From positions 11,718,001 through 11,782,000 of the forward strand of contig NC_043012.1 of assembly GCF_006345805.1 (NCBI RefSeq): a DNA stretch of 64,000 nucleotides, given 5' to 3'. How positions within the stretch are numbered: the stretch's first letter is position 1; every line of letters starts with the position of its first letter. The stretch comes from Octopus sinensis (lineage: Eukaryota). A program made the translations under genes and the position numbers. The notes beneath the pieces are model-generated. The model saw nothing but the letters and a program-made list of their open reading frames with translations, searched no databases and was not told where the DNA came from. Below, in pieces: positions 27,064-39,808 of the stretch.

Positions 27064-28793
27064 CAACACAGAAACACACCCAGGTATGCACACTTATATA
27101 TATATACTACATACACACACATATATTATAAACGAACAGATGTATATATGTACAAATATATGCATATGTATATACGTGTGTGGTGTGTGTGCGTCTGTGT
27201 GTGTGTGCGTGTGCGTGCGTGTGTGCGTGTGCGTGCGTGTGTGTGTGTGTGTGTGTGTGCGTTGTGCGTGTGTGTGTGTATCGATGTACGAGGTGGAGGA
27301 GTCGTGTTATTTGCGAGAAGGCATGCACATGAAAAATACACGACGCACAGACAAACACAACTTCAAGGAAACCTTTTCAACTGGTTTACTGCTCTACTTC
27401 AGTGGTTTTGATATTATTAGTAACATAACAGCAAATAGTAGTTCATCATCATCATCATCATCATCACCACCACCACAATCAACATCATCATCATCATCGT
27501 TTTTATCATCTTCACTTGTTTATTTGAACTTTCCGCGCAAGGCCTGCATCAAGGTATGGGAAACAATATTTTTTTTTAATTCTCTTATATTTTTTTCTTT
27601 TACACTTTCCGCTTTTCAGAAGAATGGCCAGTATGAACGGACCAATTCTGAGGATACACTTGTGAAAAAAAAAGAAAAGTAATATAAAAGGAGAAAGGGG
27701 CTCTCTACCTACCTTTTGACCGGGCTCCCGTGGATTTTATGGGTTTTTCCACGAGTAACCTTTCGAAGCGCCTCCCCCTATTGGGAGTTTTTACTTCGTT
27801 GTTATCTTGCATTTTTACACGGATTTTTCAAACGGACAAAACCCTTTTTGTAATTTTCGTCCTGTATTTTGTCCCTACATGTTTTTATTTGATTTTTGTT
27901 AGCCCTTGTGGCCAATAAACGAATTAGTTATTATCATTATTATTATGTTTTTTCCTTCTTTCTTCAAATTTTCTTCCGTTTCTCGCCGAGTGTTTTCCAT
28001 ACACCTAGGGCAGAGAAGGGCATTGTATGCATTCCCAGATTACACGCACAAATTCACAGATAAAATATGTATTCAAAAATTAATAAATAAATAAATTCAT
28101 GGATGGATGTTATTTTCACAGCGATAATGCTCTTCTCAGTACATGAGCCGTTCCAGTTTATACGATTTTTTGCACTTCCTGTAGGGATGGTAAGCCTGGA
28201 ATCATTTTCAAATAGGTTTCAGTACCTTTTTTTTTATCATTCCTAGAGATCCTACAATCACTGATACTGTAGTCGCCTTGAGATGCCACATTTTTAACGA
28301 CCCGGCACATATTTCAGTCTAGTACCCGTTTTATTATTTTTTTCTTTGAGTGGCGAATTACTATGAGTTACTAAGATACGGGACACTTAGTGAAACAATA
28401 TAAAAACACCTACATATATACAAATATTGACACACACACACGCACGTACGTACGTTCAGTTTGTATATGTGTGCAACGTTTCTAGAGTGCATACTCCATT
28501 TCGGAATTAAAATAGTTTGACGGAGCTCTATTACATGAAAAGCAGAAAAAAAAAAGGGAAGTAAGAGTGGGTGTGTGGTAAGTAGCTTGCTTACGAACCA
28601 CATGGTTCCGGGTTCAGTCCCACTGCGTGGCACCTTCGGCAAGTGTCTTCTACTATAGCCTCGGGCCGACCAAAGCCTTGTGAGTGGATTTGGTAGACGA
28701 AAACTGAAAGAAGCCCGTCGTATATATGTATATATATATATATACGACGTGTGCATATATATATATATATATACGTGTATATGTGTATACCAC

Positions 28794-28839
<46 letters not shown>

Positions 28840-29139
28840 ACGTGTATATATATATGTTGTCTGTGCGTGTGTATGTTTCTGTGTCTGTGTTTGTCCTCCC
28901 AACATCGCTTGACAACTGATGCTGGTGTGCTTACGTCCCCGTAACTTAGCGGCTCGGCAAAAGACACCGATAGAATAAGTAGTAGGCTTACAAAGAATAA
29001 GTCCTGGGGTCGATTTGCTCAACTAAAAGCGGTGCTCCAGCATGGCCACAGTTACATGACTGAAACAAGTAAAAGAGTAAAAAGGAGAGAATCTCCGTAC
29101 ATTTTTGAGGCTAGGATTTTTTTATTAGATCTTCTCTAA

Positions 29140-29560
29140 ACACGTTACGGAACCTTGTCGCCTTTACTGACAACAGATGATAAGAACGCGGGTAAAGAAA
29201 ACAGAAACATTTCGCGTATGGTAATACGACACACCTATACGTAGGAAAACGGTGAGGTGCTCGCGAGCTGACACATGACATATACGGAGATGCAGACGGA
29301 GACAGATTAAGAAACACATAAACACCTACAAAGGCACTCGAGAGAAATCAATAAATACAGGGGCTTGGCCGGCTGCTATCAGTCTGTGTCGTCAAGACTT
29401 CAGGTTTTTCTAGGGCCCCGTGCTATCGATTTCCTTCGCAAAATAAGGAGAAATGAGAACCGTGATGTAGAGTGGCTCCTGCAGCGAACGTCACTGGCCA
29501 TTACTGCGGGGCGTGGCTGAGCACATCATCTGTTCTAGGGCATGTGGTCCATCGTCCCCT
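29140..29560 (+). pseudogene. Highly degraded CRE-like RLE non-LTR retrotransposon C-terminus
   Basis: Remnants LGPRAIDFLRKI and EWLLQRTSLAI. Confidence 0.45.
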
Positions 29561-30502
29561 GTCCCTCCACCTTCTGCTGCTTTAACCCCAACACATTTTT
29601 GGTTCTTTTCTCCCTTATCTTTTATCCTTTTACTTGTTTCAGTCATTTGACTGCGGCCATGCTGGGGCACCTCCCTTAGTCGAGCAAATCGACCCCAGGA
29701 CCTATTCTTTGTAAGCCTAGTACTTATTCTATCGGTCACTTTTGCCGAACCGCTAAGATACCGGGACGTAAACACACCAGCGTCGGTTGTCAAGCGATGT
29801 TAGGGGGACAAACACAGACACACAAACATATACACACACGTACATATATATACATATACATATATACGACAGGCTTCTTTCAGTTTCCGTCTACCAAATC
29901 CACTCACAAGGCTTTGGTCGGTCCGAGGCTATATATTGTAGAAGACACTTGCCTAAGGTGCCACGCAGTGGGACTGAACACGGAACCATGTGGTTGGTAA
30001 GCAAGCTACTTACCACACAGCCGCCACTCCTACGCACTGTGTACAATTAGCTTATAATATTTGTTCTATTTAATGATCCTACAACATTTAATATATAAAA
30101 GGGGTGTATATATTGAGTTATGTCTAATTTTTAGTAAAAGAAAAGTGTATCAATATTAAAAGATTTGAAAGTATTAAGATCTAGAAATAAACTTTGGTGA
30201 CCCTCAGTTCACTTCTTGCCCTGTTAACTACAAGGGAAAAATGTGTCAAAGCCATCAGGAGGCGTTCGATGCTTCCTAGGGCTATACAGCGGTGGTGTAC
30301 CCCCTACTGTCTCGTTCTTGTTAGATTGACAGTATACAACCATTCTATCGCCCCACCACCGTACATGTCTCTACGAGAGATTTAGAAATTCAATATTTCT
30401 TACATTTATATATATATATATATATATAACTTCTCGAGCGTTAAACTAATACATCTGTTTGTTGTTTACACACCCGTCTTCCTCTGTCTTTTTTGTAAAT
30501 TC

Positions 30503-30553
<51 letters not shown>

Positions 30554-30555
<2 letters not shown>

Positions 30556-30720
30556 TACTAGTCGATCCTTACTTTGTGTTTTTCTTTTATTTACTTCGTT
30601 TAAAATTTATTTTTACTTTGTGTTTTTTGTTTTATTTACTTTGCTAGGTAGTCGTAGGATCGACTAGTTAGCGCGGATGCGCGAGTATGCGCACAGGGAC
30701 CACTCTTCTTAAATAGTACC
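30554..30720. mobile_element. Merlin-like MITE with internally deleted left TIR
   Basis: Junction ggtacta|gtcgatcc, the same AT-rich interior and a right TIR ending tagtacc. Confidence 0.7.
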
Positions 30721-31540
30721 AATATATATATATATATATGTTATTATTGTATAAAAATGACTTTCGTAACTTACCAAACCTTCGGGTTTGTTTACAAATA
30801 TCATATATATATGTGTCTGTGTTTGTTCCCCCTTCACCACCGCTTGAAAACCGATGTTGGTGTGTTTACGTCCCCGTAACGTAGTGGTTCGGCAAAGAAA
30901 GACCGATAGAATAAGTACTATGCTTTAAAAACGAATAAATTCTGAGGTCGATTTGTTCAACTAAAACCCGTCAAGGCGGAACCCCAGCATGGCCACAGTC
31001 AAATGACTGAAACAAATAAAAGATAAAACTCGTTTTAATAGCAATTTTTTTTTTGCTTTTTTGTGTGGTTCATTGCCATTTGTGGTGCACTTGAGCACAG
31101 TCTACAATAATTTCTCCCCCTATTGGCAGTTTTAATTGTTACTTATTTTTCGTTGTCATCCTGCTTTTGTACACGGACCTTTTTCAAACGGACAAAACCC
31201 TTTGTAACTTTCGTCCTGTGTTCTGTCCCTTTATGTTTTAATTGATTTTTGTTAGCCCTTGTGGCCAATAAACGAACGAATTATTATTATTATTATTATT
31301 GTTGAGGCTTACTTTTTATTTGTCTATGTATTTGATTCATAGAGCCTCCGTCACTTTTGTCTCCATTTCAGATAGAGAAAGAGAAAAAGAATAACTGTCA
31401 ATTCGGTCCTCTACAATATGTGTGTGTGTATGTGTGTGTGTGTGTCTCTGAGTGTGCGTCGCATGCGCACCCATGTGTGCAGGCAGTTCCCATAAATAGA
31501 GAGCGAGCGAATGAAAGAAATGAAGAGTGTGGAACCTAGA

Positions 31541-33164
31541 TAGATATGTTTCTTTATTAGCCACACAGGGCTGCACACAGATAGAACAAATTACAAGGTA
31601 GAGCTTTTCTTTTGGGGGTAAAAAAAGGGAATGGTGGTTTTCGATCAAAAGGGATCGTAAAAGGAACGAAAGAGGACTAAAAAAAGGGAGGGGTTTAAAA
31701 AAAAAAAAAAAGGTGGGGGGGAGAGCAAAAAAATTGATCAATAGGGATCGTTATCACAGAAATGTCAATATGAAGTGTAAAGGGGAGAACAGGTGAGGTT
31801 TACCCGTGGAAAGAAAAGCCTACGGAAAAGACCACGGTAACCTCGGTCAATGAAGTCACATGTTATATTTCTTTTTTTTTTTTTGCAAATAAGCAACTCT
31901 CTGTATTAATTTTTACGGTTCATAGAATCATAGTCAAGGTGGCTTCGTCATTCATACGTGCCATCCTTGCTACATTCACCCATCTTTTTTTAAAACATTC
32001 ACTAGACAAAACTTGCCTCTCTACTCTCACTTTCCTCTTCAAGTGATACTTGAAGAAGTTGATGAGAGATTGATCAGAGAGGAAAGTGTTTGTCTCTAAT
32101 CCTTTCAGGCGCGTCCACCAGATACATTCTTTCGCCATAGCCACAAGTATGATAAAAATAGCTCTTCCTTCCCGTTTGAAGGAAGGAGGCGTGACGATAT
32201 TAACGATAGACTCGGCTGATAAACCGACACGCCCACACGTGACAGCAGTCGTTCGACATAAGCCCACAGGTCGGAAATTGCTGGACACTGCACGATTGCG
32301 TGCAGAGCGGTTTCGTCGCTCTGCCCGCATCTCGGGCAGGTCGGCCCCGTGTTTCTCGAGCCATGCCTATAGAGCTTATCCCGAACGGGTAGCGCTTCTC
32401 GGTAGCACCGCCAGGCCAGGGATCTCTGGAAGTTGTCCATAGGTCCCGGGCCGAAAGTCGTTTGAAACAGGCGGGTCAGGTATTCCTCGTCGACGCCCAG
32501 GTTTGCCCCGAGCTCGTCGTCGTACCTCCCCTCCACTAATCCTATAGAATGCTTTGGTTGTGTTGAGTCACTCAAGGTCGACCGGGACGGCAGAGTTGCT
32601 TGAGAGCAACGCGACACTCGCGGTGCCATTCGCCCTTCCTCGGCCTCTTTTTGATCCACGACTGTAGTTCGGTCATGGAGACGAGTTGCGGGAATGCGTG
32701 CCTCACAAACGGCGACCACACCTGTTCACCGTCGTCTACATAGAGCCGGAGATGTCGCAGTCTCAGCGCGTGTCTGCGCATCATCAACCACGGCATGCCC
32801 AGCCCTCCTTTTAACGGGTGTTGACAGCAAATGGATCGCCTGACCATCGGGACGCATCCTTTCACAAGAAGCGGAAGAGGATGCGTTCTAGTTTGGTGAT
32901 GGTAGGGTCGGGACAAGGTACGACGGTCAGGCGGTAGTAGATGATGGACGCGATGTACGCGTTCACCACCTCCGCCCGACCTTTTAGGGACAGTTTCCTC
33001 TCGGCCCATTGCTGGGCGAGAGTGACCACCCTACTCGTTATCTCGTTCCAGTTCTTCTCCATTTGGAGGTCCGGACCGAACCAGATCCCGAGCAACTCAA
33101 CCGGGCCGTCTGTCCAGCGTCCCACGACGGAGGTACTGGTGGACGGCATGGGCTTGCTTCTCCA
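31541..33164 (-). mobile_element. 5'-truncated L1/Tx1-clade LINE (end of RT, zf-RVT, 3' UTR)
   Basis: ELLGIWFG...WAERKLSLKGRAEVVN, KGGLGMP and CPRCGQSDETALHAIVQC across frameshifted ORFs. The 3' UTR ends aataaagaaac-atatctatct. Related UTR pieces lie at about 27690-27930 and 31040-31285. Confidence 0.88.
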
Positions 33165-33334
33165 GATAAATAGATAGATAGATAGATAGATAAATAGACG
33201 GAGAGGTAGATAGATAGGTAGAATGATAGATAGATAAATAAATAGATAGATAAACAGATAGATTGATAGATAAATAGATAGATAGACAGACAGACAGACG
33301 GATAGGTAGATAGGTAGAATGATAGATAGATAAT

Positions 33335-33374
<40 letters not shown>

Positions 33375-33580
33375 GATAGATAGAGAGAGAGAGAGAGATA
33401 GATAGAGAGAGAGAGATAGTTGTGTATCTATCTGTCAGTCTCTGAATTTGAAAAGAAACGGTATGGTGTGATTTGAGAGTAGTTTGGCTACTATTTCTAG
33501 TAAGGCACGAGATCTCATAGAACTTAAACCTGTCTACTTTTAGAATACTCAACATTTGAACCCCAATATTTCCTCTTTAT

Positions 33581-33674
<94 letters not shown>

Positions 33675-33839
33675 TTCTCTTTGCCTCTTTGTATTTTTCT
33701 CTAAAATTCATCATTTTCACTAAATACTTTTAATTTCGATTTCTTTGTTTCTGTTGTCTTTCTTTCTTTCTTTTTCCTTCTTTCTTTTTCTTTCTTTCTT
33801 TCTTCTTTCTTTCTTTCTTTCTTTCTTTCCTCCTTTTTC

Positions 33840-33905
<66 letters not shown>

Positions 33906-34003
33906 CTCTTCATCCCTTTCTTATCCTTTATCCTTTTCTTTTGTCCAGTTTTCCCCCTAATATATTTTATTTCTAATTTTCAGTGTCCCTATTGAGAACC
34001 TTA

Positions 34004-34249
34004 ATGAAACTGAAAAATCTTTTCCGCTTTCTATGGCGAAGAATTCGGAGGACATATTTTTGTCTATTTGTAATTGCATTTGTATTATATTGCGTTCTTC
34101 TGGCTTATTCCAAATTCTTTCCCACGTGGTATTCTCAAAACATTCTTTATCAAAATGTATCACCTGACCATAATCAGGAAGAACTACGGATTTACCATCG
34201 ACCGAAGAATTTCTCCCAACCCGGTGTTGTCGACGACATTATTGGAATG
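34004..34249 (+). CDS. CHST15: CHST15-like sulfotransferase, coding exon 1 (cytoplasmic tail, TM anchor, stem)
   Basis: Acceptor ttttcag at 33983, ATG at 34004. Encodes MKLKNLFRFLWRRIRRTYFCLFVIAFVLYCVLLAYSKFF...DDIIGM, a basic tail followed by a hydrophobic type II anchor. Donor ATG|GTAAGT, phase 0. Confidence 0.85.
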
Positions 34250-34313
34250 GTAAGTTTTGATTTATTAGAACCCCATTTCGCTATTGTTAGGGTTTCTGGC
34301 TTATCTGATTTTA

Positions 34314-34556
34314 GGTACTACTAGCGAACAGTGGTCCCGGTGCGCGCACGCTCGTACTCGCGCATCCGCTCTAGCTAGTCATGACTAGTCGATCCTTCTT
34401 TTGTGTTTTTCTGTGTTATTTACTTTGTTTAACAAAAATTATTTACTTTGTGTTTTACTTACTCTGCTACGTAGTCGTTGTAGGATCGACTAGTCACGAC
34501 TAGCTAGCGCGGATGCGCGAGTGCGCGCACCGGGACCACTGTTCGCTAGTAGTACC
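34314..34556. mobile_element. Merlin-like MITE (same family), intron 1
   Basis: TIRs GGTACTACTAGCGAACAGTGGTCCCGG...; 9-bp TSD ctgatttta on both sides. Confidence 0.8.
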
Positions 34557-35185
34557 CTGATTTTATTCTTCCCACATCCCCAAAATGTTAGTATATATAT
34601 TATATTTACAGACGAACAAATAAAATCATTCTTCAATTTTTGTCCTTGTTCTACAAAGATTTACAACTTATAGAAGTTATACAGCTTTGTAGAAGCAGAA
34701 GTGGGTGTGTGGTAAGTAGGTAGCTTACAAACCGCTTGGTTCCGCGTTCAGTTTCACTGCGTCGCACCGTGGGTAAATTCTGTTTTGAACATTCTTATGT
34801 AAAGTGTTTAAACACAAAACCCCTCTTAACATTTTCTTATCATTGTCAAAGACTCTAACACTGTATTTTAATATATCTATGTTAATTATTTTTAGCACCA
34901 CAATGACCAGACAAGTTGTTACATTTTACTTTTGAAAATCTTTTCTGATACCGGTCAAGTCAATAAACATCTTTAAAAGACCTGCATTTTCAAATCCTAC
35001 CCCCACTGTATATAGGCGTAAGAGTGGCTGTGTGGTAAGTAGCTTCATTACCAGCCACATGGTTCCGGGTTCAGTCCCACTGCGTGGAACCTTGGGCAAG
35101 TGTCTTCTACTATAGCCTCGAGCCCATCAAACCCTTGTGAGTGGATTTGGTAGACGGAAACTGAAAGAAGCCTGCCGTATATATG

Positions 35186-35261
<76 letters not shown>

Positions 35262-35480
35262 TGTGTGTGTGTGTTTGTGTTTGTACCCCCAACATCGCTT
35301 GACAACCGATGCTGGTATGTTTACATCCCCGTAATTTAACGGTTCGGCAAAAGAGACCGATAGAATAAGTACTAGGCTCACAAAGAATAAGTCCTGGAGT
35401 CGATTTGCTCGTCTAAAGGCGGTGCTCCAGCATGGCCACAGTGAAATACTGAAACAAGTAAAAGAGAGATACATAGTCAA

Positions 35481-35519
<39 letters not shown>

Positions 35520-35521
<2 letters not shown>

Positions 35522-35745
35522 CGGGAAGCTTTATGAAAATAAACAAAAGACGAAGGCAGGTGGAAAACAAACGAACAATTGTATTAGTATGGCGCTCAGG
35601 AAATATAATAAAACAAGTCTTTAACGTTTCAAGCCTACGCTCTTCAACAGAAAGATACACAGAGAGAGAAAAACACAGAAAGAAGGAGAGAAAAAAAATG
35701 CGTGCAGTAGCTAACGAATCAACATGGCGATCTGATTTCGGCCAG
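35520..35745 (-). mobile_element. Penelope-like pLTR remnant carrying a minimal hammerhead (35617-35656)
   Basis: The minus strand reads tcttt-CTGTTGA-agagc gtag gctt-GAAACGTT-aaaga. The element is embedded between (TA)n tracts and is near-identical to 62226-62410. Confidence 0.65.
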
Positions 35746-35776
<31 letters not shown>

Positions 35777-35781
35777 ATATG

Positions 35782-35813
<32 letters not shown>

Positions 35814-35841
35814 TAAAGGAAATAAGTGGAGAAAAGAACGT

Positions 35842-36068
35842 TTGTCTTATGAACTTTATTAGCCTATAGCTTTTTCTGCAATAAGAGGCAATGACCTCAT
35901 ACCTTAGTGCCTGAGTAACACATTATGTCTTCATCGGAGCCTCGAATATGAAGTTACTTCATATTCGAGGCGTCGATGAAGCTATAAGGCGTTCCTCAGA
36001 CACTCAGCTACGGGTGCACTGCGTCTGATTGCAGAAACAGCCGTAATGTAATGAAGTTCATAAGACAA
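35842..36068. repeat. Imperfect palindrome of about 227 bp (fold-back element)
   Basis: Ends ttgtcttatgaactt/aagttcataagacaa; perfect core gcctcgaatatgaagt-t-acttcatattcgaggc at 35939-35971. Confidence 0.85.
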
Positions 36069-36327
36069 TCATCCATTCCTTTGTCCTTTGCTTTTCTTAT
36101 TACCGCTCCGTACGTGATAACGCTTTCTTCTGAAGCATATGTATGATGAGTTCAACAATGTGTGTGTGTGTGAATGTGTGTGAATGTGTGTGCGCGTGTG
36201 TTTGTGTATGTATGTATGCATGTTTGTTTGTATGTAATATATTTGTGTGTACGAGGGTGAGTCAAAAAGTAATGCCATTTTCTTTATTTCATGTGAAGCT
36301 TTTATCGTAGTATATTTCTGTTTCTAG

Positions 36328-36547
36328 AAAGCGATACCATTTTCGAATCGCTTCAAGAACCCTTGTTGGTATGAAAAGCCGGACGGAAAAACCTTAACTT
36401 TGCGCTGTTTACCATATTTTTATCTGGTTGGAGTTGACAAATGTGGTACAACTGATCTTTTTTCTCGACTATTACAACATCAAGAATTACTCCAAACAAG
36501 TGCATTGAATGGAAAAGAAACTCACTGGTGGTCGTGGAGACGATTCG
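36328..36547 (+). CDS. CHST15: CHST15-like, coding exon 2 (5'-PSB PAPS-binding loop)
   Basis: Acceptor tttctag. Encodes KAIPFSNRFKNPCWYEK...LRCLPYFYLVGVDKCGTTDLFSRLLQH...KETHWWSWRRF-G, matching the CHST15 pattern LRCLPHFYIIGQPKCGTTDL...KEPHWW. Donor G|gtaaat, phase 1. Confidence 0.95.
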
Positions 36548-37409
36548 GTAAATCTTTCACTTTATTTTATTATTTTTAATCCGAAGGAAAAGTTGCTTAG
36601 ATTGAACTAATGTATTGAATCCACCCCTCTATATGTCTGGGTTTTAGTTCCTTAAATGCAAGGTCTAAGAACCTTAATTCATTAATTTTAATTTTGATTC
36701 CTTAATATTTTATCCTCGTATTCTTTATTTTATTGTTTATATGAGAATTTTTCATTGTAGAGGCACACAATACGCCATCATCATCATCATCATCGTCGTC
36801 GTCGTTTAACGTCCGCTTTTCATGCTAGCACGGGTTGGCCGTTTTTGACTGAGGGCTGGCGAACCAGATGGCTGCACCAGGCTCCAATCTTGATTTGGCA
36901 GAGTTTCTACAGCTGGATGCCCTTCCTAACGCCAATGCCCTTCCTAACACTATAATTATCAAAATGTATTGTCTTAGAAATAAGCGAAACGGCGAACAAA
37001 AAACGAGGTACAGTTTGAAAAATCACCCGAGAAGACACATCTGCACCCACGATGCATCACAACTGTTTCTATAGCAGCTCACTTGCAAGGTATCGGTGCA
37101 TGATGGATCGAAACTGTTGTAGTGGTTCTGGATAAAGTATTATCTGTACTTTGGGAAACGGATTTGTTCCTTATATAGAATGGTTCTTCCTCTAATTCCC
37201 ATACTTGTCTGTCCTATATAGTTATGTCCACAACTCGAACAAAATGCTAACTGGGACATGTCATTCTCATAAAAAAACAATCCTAAATTTCAATTTAGAA
37301 TTATTCTTTTTAAAACTATTCCCCAAACTTGTCATTCTTGATAGTTTTTGCACTTTCGTTGAAGCCTTTAACTGTTGTTGATAATGTTCATGTTTTTTGT
37401 GATGTACAG

Positions 37410-37529
37410 GGTATGACGTATTTACACGAAACGGCAGACTACAGTCATTTGAAGATTATCTGAATGTATTTGATATTGCTGCCAAACGTCTGAATGACTC
37501 TTCTGGAAATTTAAGATCCCATATAATAT
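37410..37529 (+). CDS. CHST15: CHST15-like, coding exon 3
   Basis: Acceptor tacag. Encodes GYDVFTRNGRLQSFEDYLNVFDIAAKRLNDSSGNLRSHII (compare EDYLDLFDLAA). Donor T|gtgagt, phase 1 to 1. Confidence 0.93.
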
Positions 37530-37578
37530 GTGAGTATGGTACAACTCTTTCCTAAAGCGCATAGTTAAGCCTCTAGAA

Positions 37579-37928
37579 TAGTGGTTCTCAACCGGAATCC
37601 ATATGGCCCCTGAGGGCCCATATCAAACTTTTAGCGGTCCACGCAACAAAATAATAAACTTGGGATCCACAATGGTATTTTAAGGGCGCTTGAAAAAATG
37701 TGCTTTTGATGTATGTATTGGTATGCATTGTAAGAAACAGCTGGGTTTCTTTCTCTAACACTTTACATAGTTCAACCTACACAAGTTAATATGTGAAAAG
37801 CAAAATAGTAATTTTGAAAGAAGTTTCTACAAAACTAGTTTTTAAACACTGAATGGCTGTGGAGGGTCCACCAAAATAAAGTAGTAATCAAAGGCGTCCA
37901 TAGATAAAAATTGGTTGAGAAAACCCTG
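37579..37928. mobile_element. hAT (Charlie-like) MITE
   Basis: Termini (c/t)agtggttctcaacc...ggttgagaaaaccctg; 8-bp TSD ctctagaa/ctctagta. Confidence 0.75.
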
Positions 37929-37961
37929 CTCTAGTATCTTGATGCTTAACTGTATCTATAG

Positions 37962-38582
37962 TGGTGGTTCTCAACTATTTTTTGCATCTGGCTCCGTTTA
38001 ATTCCTATTTTACTCAGATGGGCCCTCATATCCATTTAATGTTTTAAAACGTTCCATTATCTCTCTCTATAAAAACGGCAAAATGTCTGTCTGTGTGCGT
38101 GTCTTTTATACAAATCCACAATTTTTCAGAGGGCTCGCACTTTCTATGGTCATTGAAAATCGTCCAAGGGTGGTCGTGCACATCTTTACATTTCCCCAGT
38201 CACCTCACAAAGCCATTACAAAATCAATAGAAGTGAATTTTTTGTGAATTTTCTATCCAAAACCCAATCAAAATGCCCGAAACTTGATACGCCAATTGAA
38301 TGCCAGCTAGCTGTATGTGATTGGTCGGAGATTTGGACAGTACTCGGGTGTATGTGCGCACGCACGCAGCTGTATATGGATGCACTAGCACTTTGACCCG
38401 GCGTTACTGGGTCATAGTGCTAGTATTTATTTAATTAAATATTATTAGGAATTGTATTTAAAAAAAATGTTGAAATATTTTGTGTATTGTAAAAGTATAA
38501 CCAATTTACAACACATAAATTTTAACAATAAAATCTTATGTAGACCCCTAAAGGCCTCATGGACTCTGACTGAGAACCACTG
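37962..38582. mobile_element. Second hAT (Charlie-like) MITE, hosting the Helitron
   Basis: Termini tggtggttctcaac...tgagaaccactg. Confidence 0.65.
38060..38423 (+). mobile_element. Non-autonomous Helitron nested in a hAT MITE
   Basis: A|TC start, gtctgtct 5' motif, subterminal hairpin gacccgg...ctgggtc and CTAG|T end. Confidence 0.85.
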
Positions 38583-39808
38583 CTTTAGAGAGACACATCA
38601 ACGTTTATAATTAAACTCCAAGTTGAGGAACCTCAAAATAACATATTCTGAACTTTCTAGCGAATGTAAAAATTGTATATAAAGTACACATGATGCAAAT
38701 ATCAGGTCATCTTATAAGTTCTGTCCGATTTTACATTTAAAAAAAAAATTGAATGAAATTTAATAGTATTTTAGAATGTCTAATGGAGTTAGAAATTATT
38801 TTCATGCATTTGTGTACATTTAAACTGATTAAGTAATATTTTACAGAATAATAGAATTAAATTTCCTTAACTGGAGGTTAACGATAAAATCTTTCGCCGA
38901 TGTATACACACACGTGCGCGCGCAGACACATGATGGTCCTGCGCACAGCTTCAGTTTGCCTAATCCCACTCACGAGGCACTTATAGTCAATCTAAAAGCA
39001 ATTCTAGAATACCCTTCCGTGGACATCTCTAGGGTCAGTTAACAGAGGGGCATTAAGTTGATTGTGGAGATAGAAAAGGGAAAAGCGATTGAACATCAAA
39101 AGGTGTCATCCATGGAAGGAGTATTTCTACCGGGAGTAGTGTTTAATGGGCACAAGTCTGGGCTCGATGAACCCTTGTAGGATTACCTAGCAAGCGTATC
39201 CAGTTGTTGAAATACCTTAAACACCCAAAGATCTCAGGAAATGTCAATGATCATATTTCCAAGTGATTCGCTGGATAATATATGGAAAACGTCGTGGTGC
39301 TGACTATAGACACGTGGTTGTGGATCAAACCTCTCGGACCATAGAGTCATGTCATCGTCATTGTTTGAGTGAAAGCGTTTTACGGTGGGCAACACTACAG
39401 TACAACTACTGTATAGTTAAGTCTATAACATATTTCTTCTCATACAGCACGCGATTTGACATGTTGTCTGACTTCTTTGTTCGGTTGAATAACTTTCAAT
39501 TAACTTTTGAGAAAGAGTAGGGAGAGGACACAATGTATTTGTTGACTGAATCTAATTCTTGAACACTGTAGAATGAGAAATAATAACCAGGTGAACCGAG
39601 TTTTTGTTCCATTCGTTGTGCTTTAATCCCTGTTTTAATCATTCTCACTCTTTTCGAGTTTCCATTCTCAGTCGGATAGTTTCATTTGACTTCCACTATT
39701 ATAGATTCTGAGAAAGAAATAAATACTATAATATCAAGTAAAATCTCAACCATAAGCCGCTCTGCCCTCAACTTGTACCTTAAATACAATATTTGTTGTG
39801 CATTTCAG

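Noticed and set aside
26873-27682. 269-aa ORF and the many similar YIYI/CVCV/HTHT/poly-D ORFs
   Set aside because: These are translations of microsatellites that lack stop codons; no domain signal.
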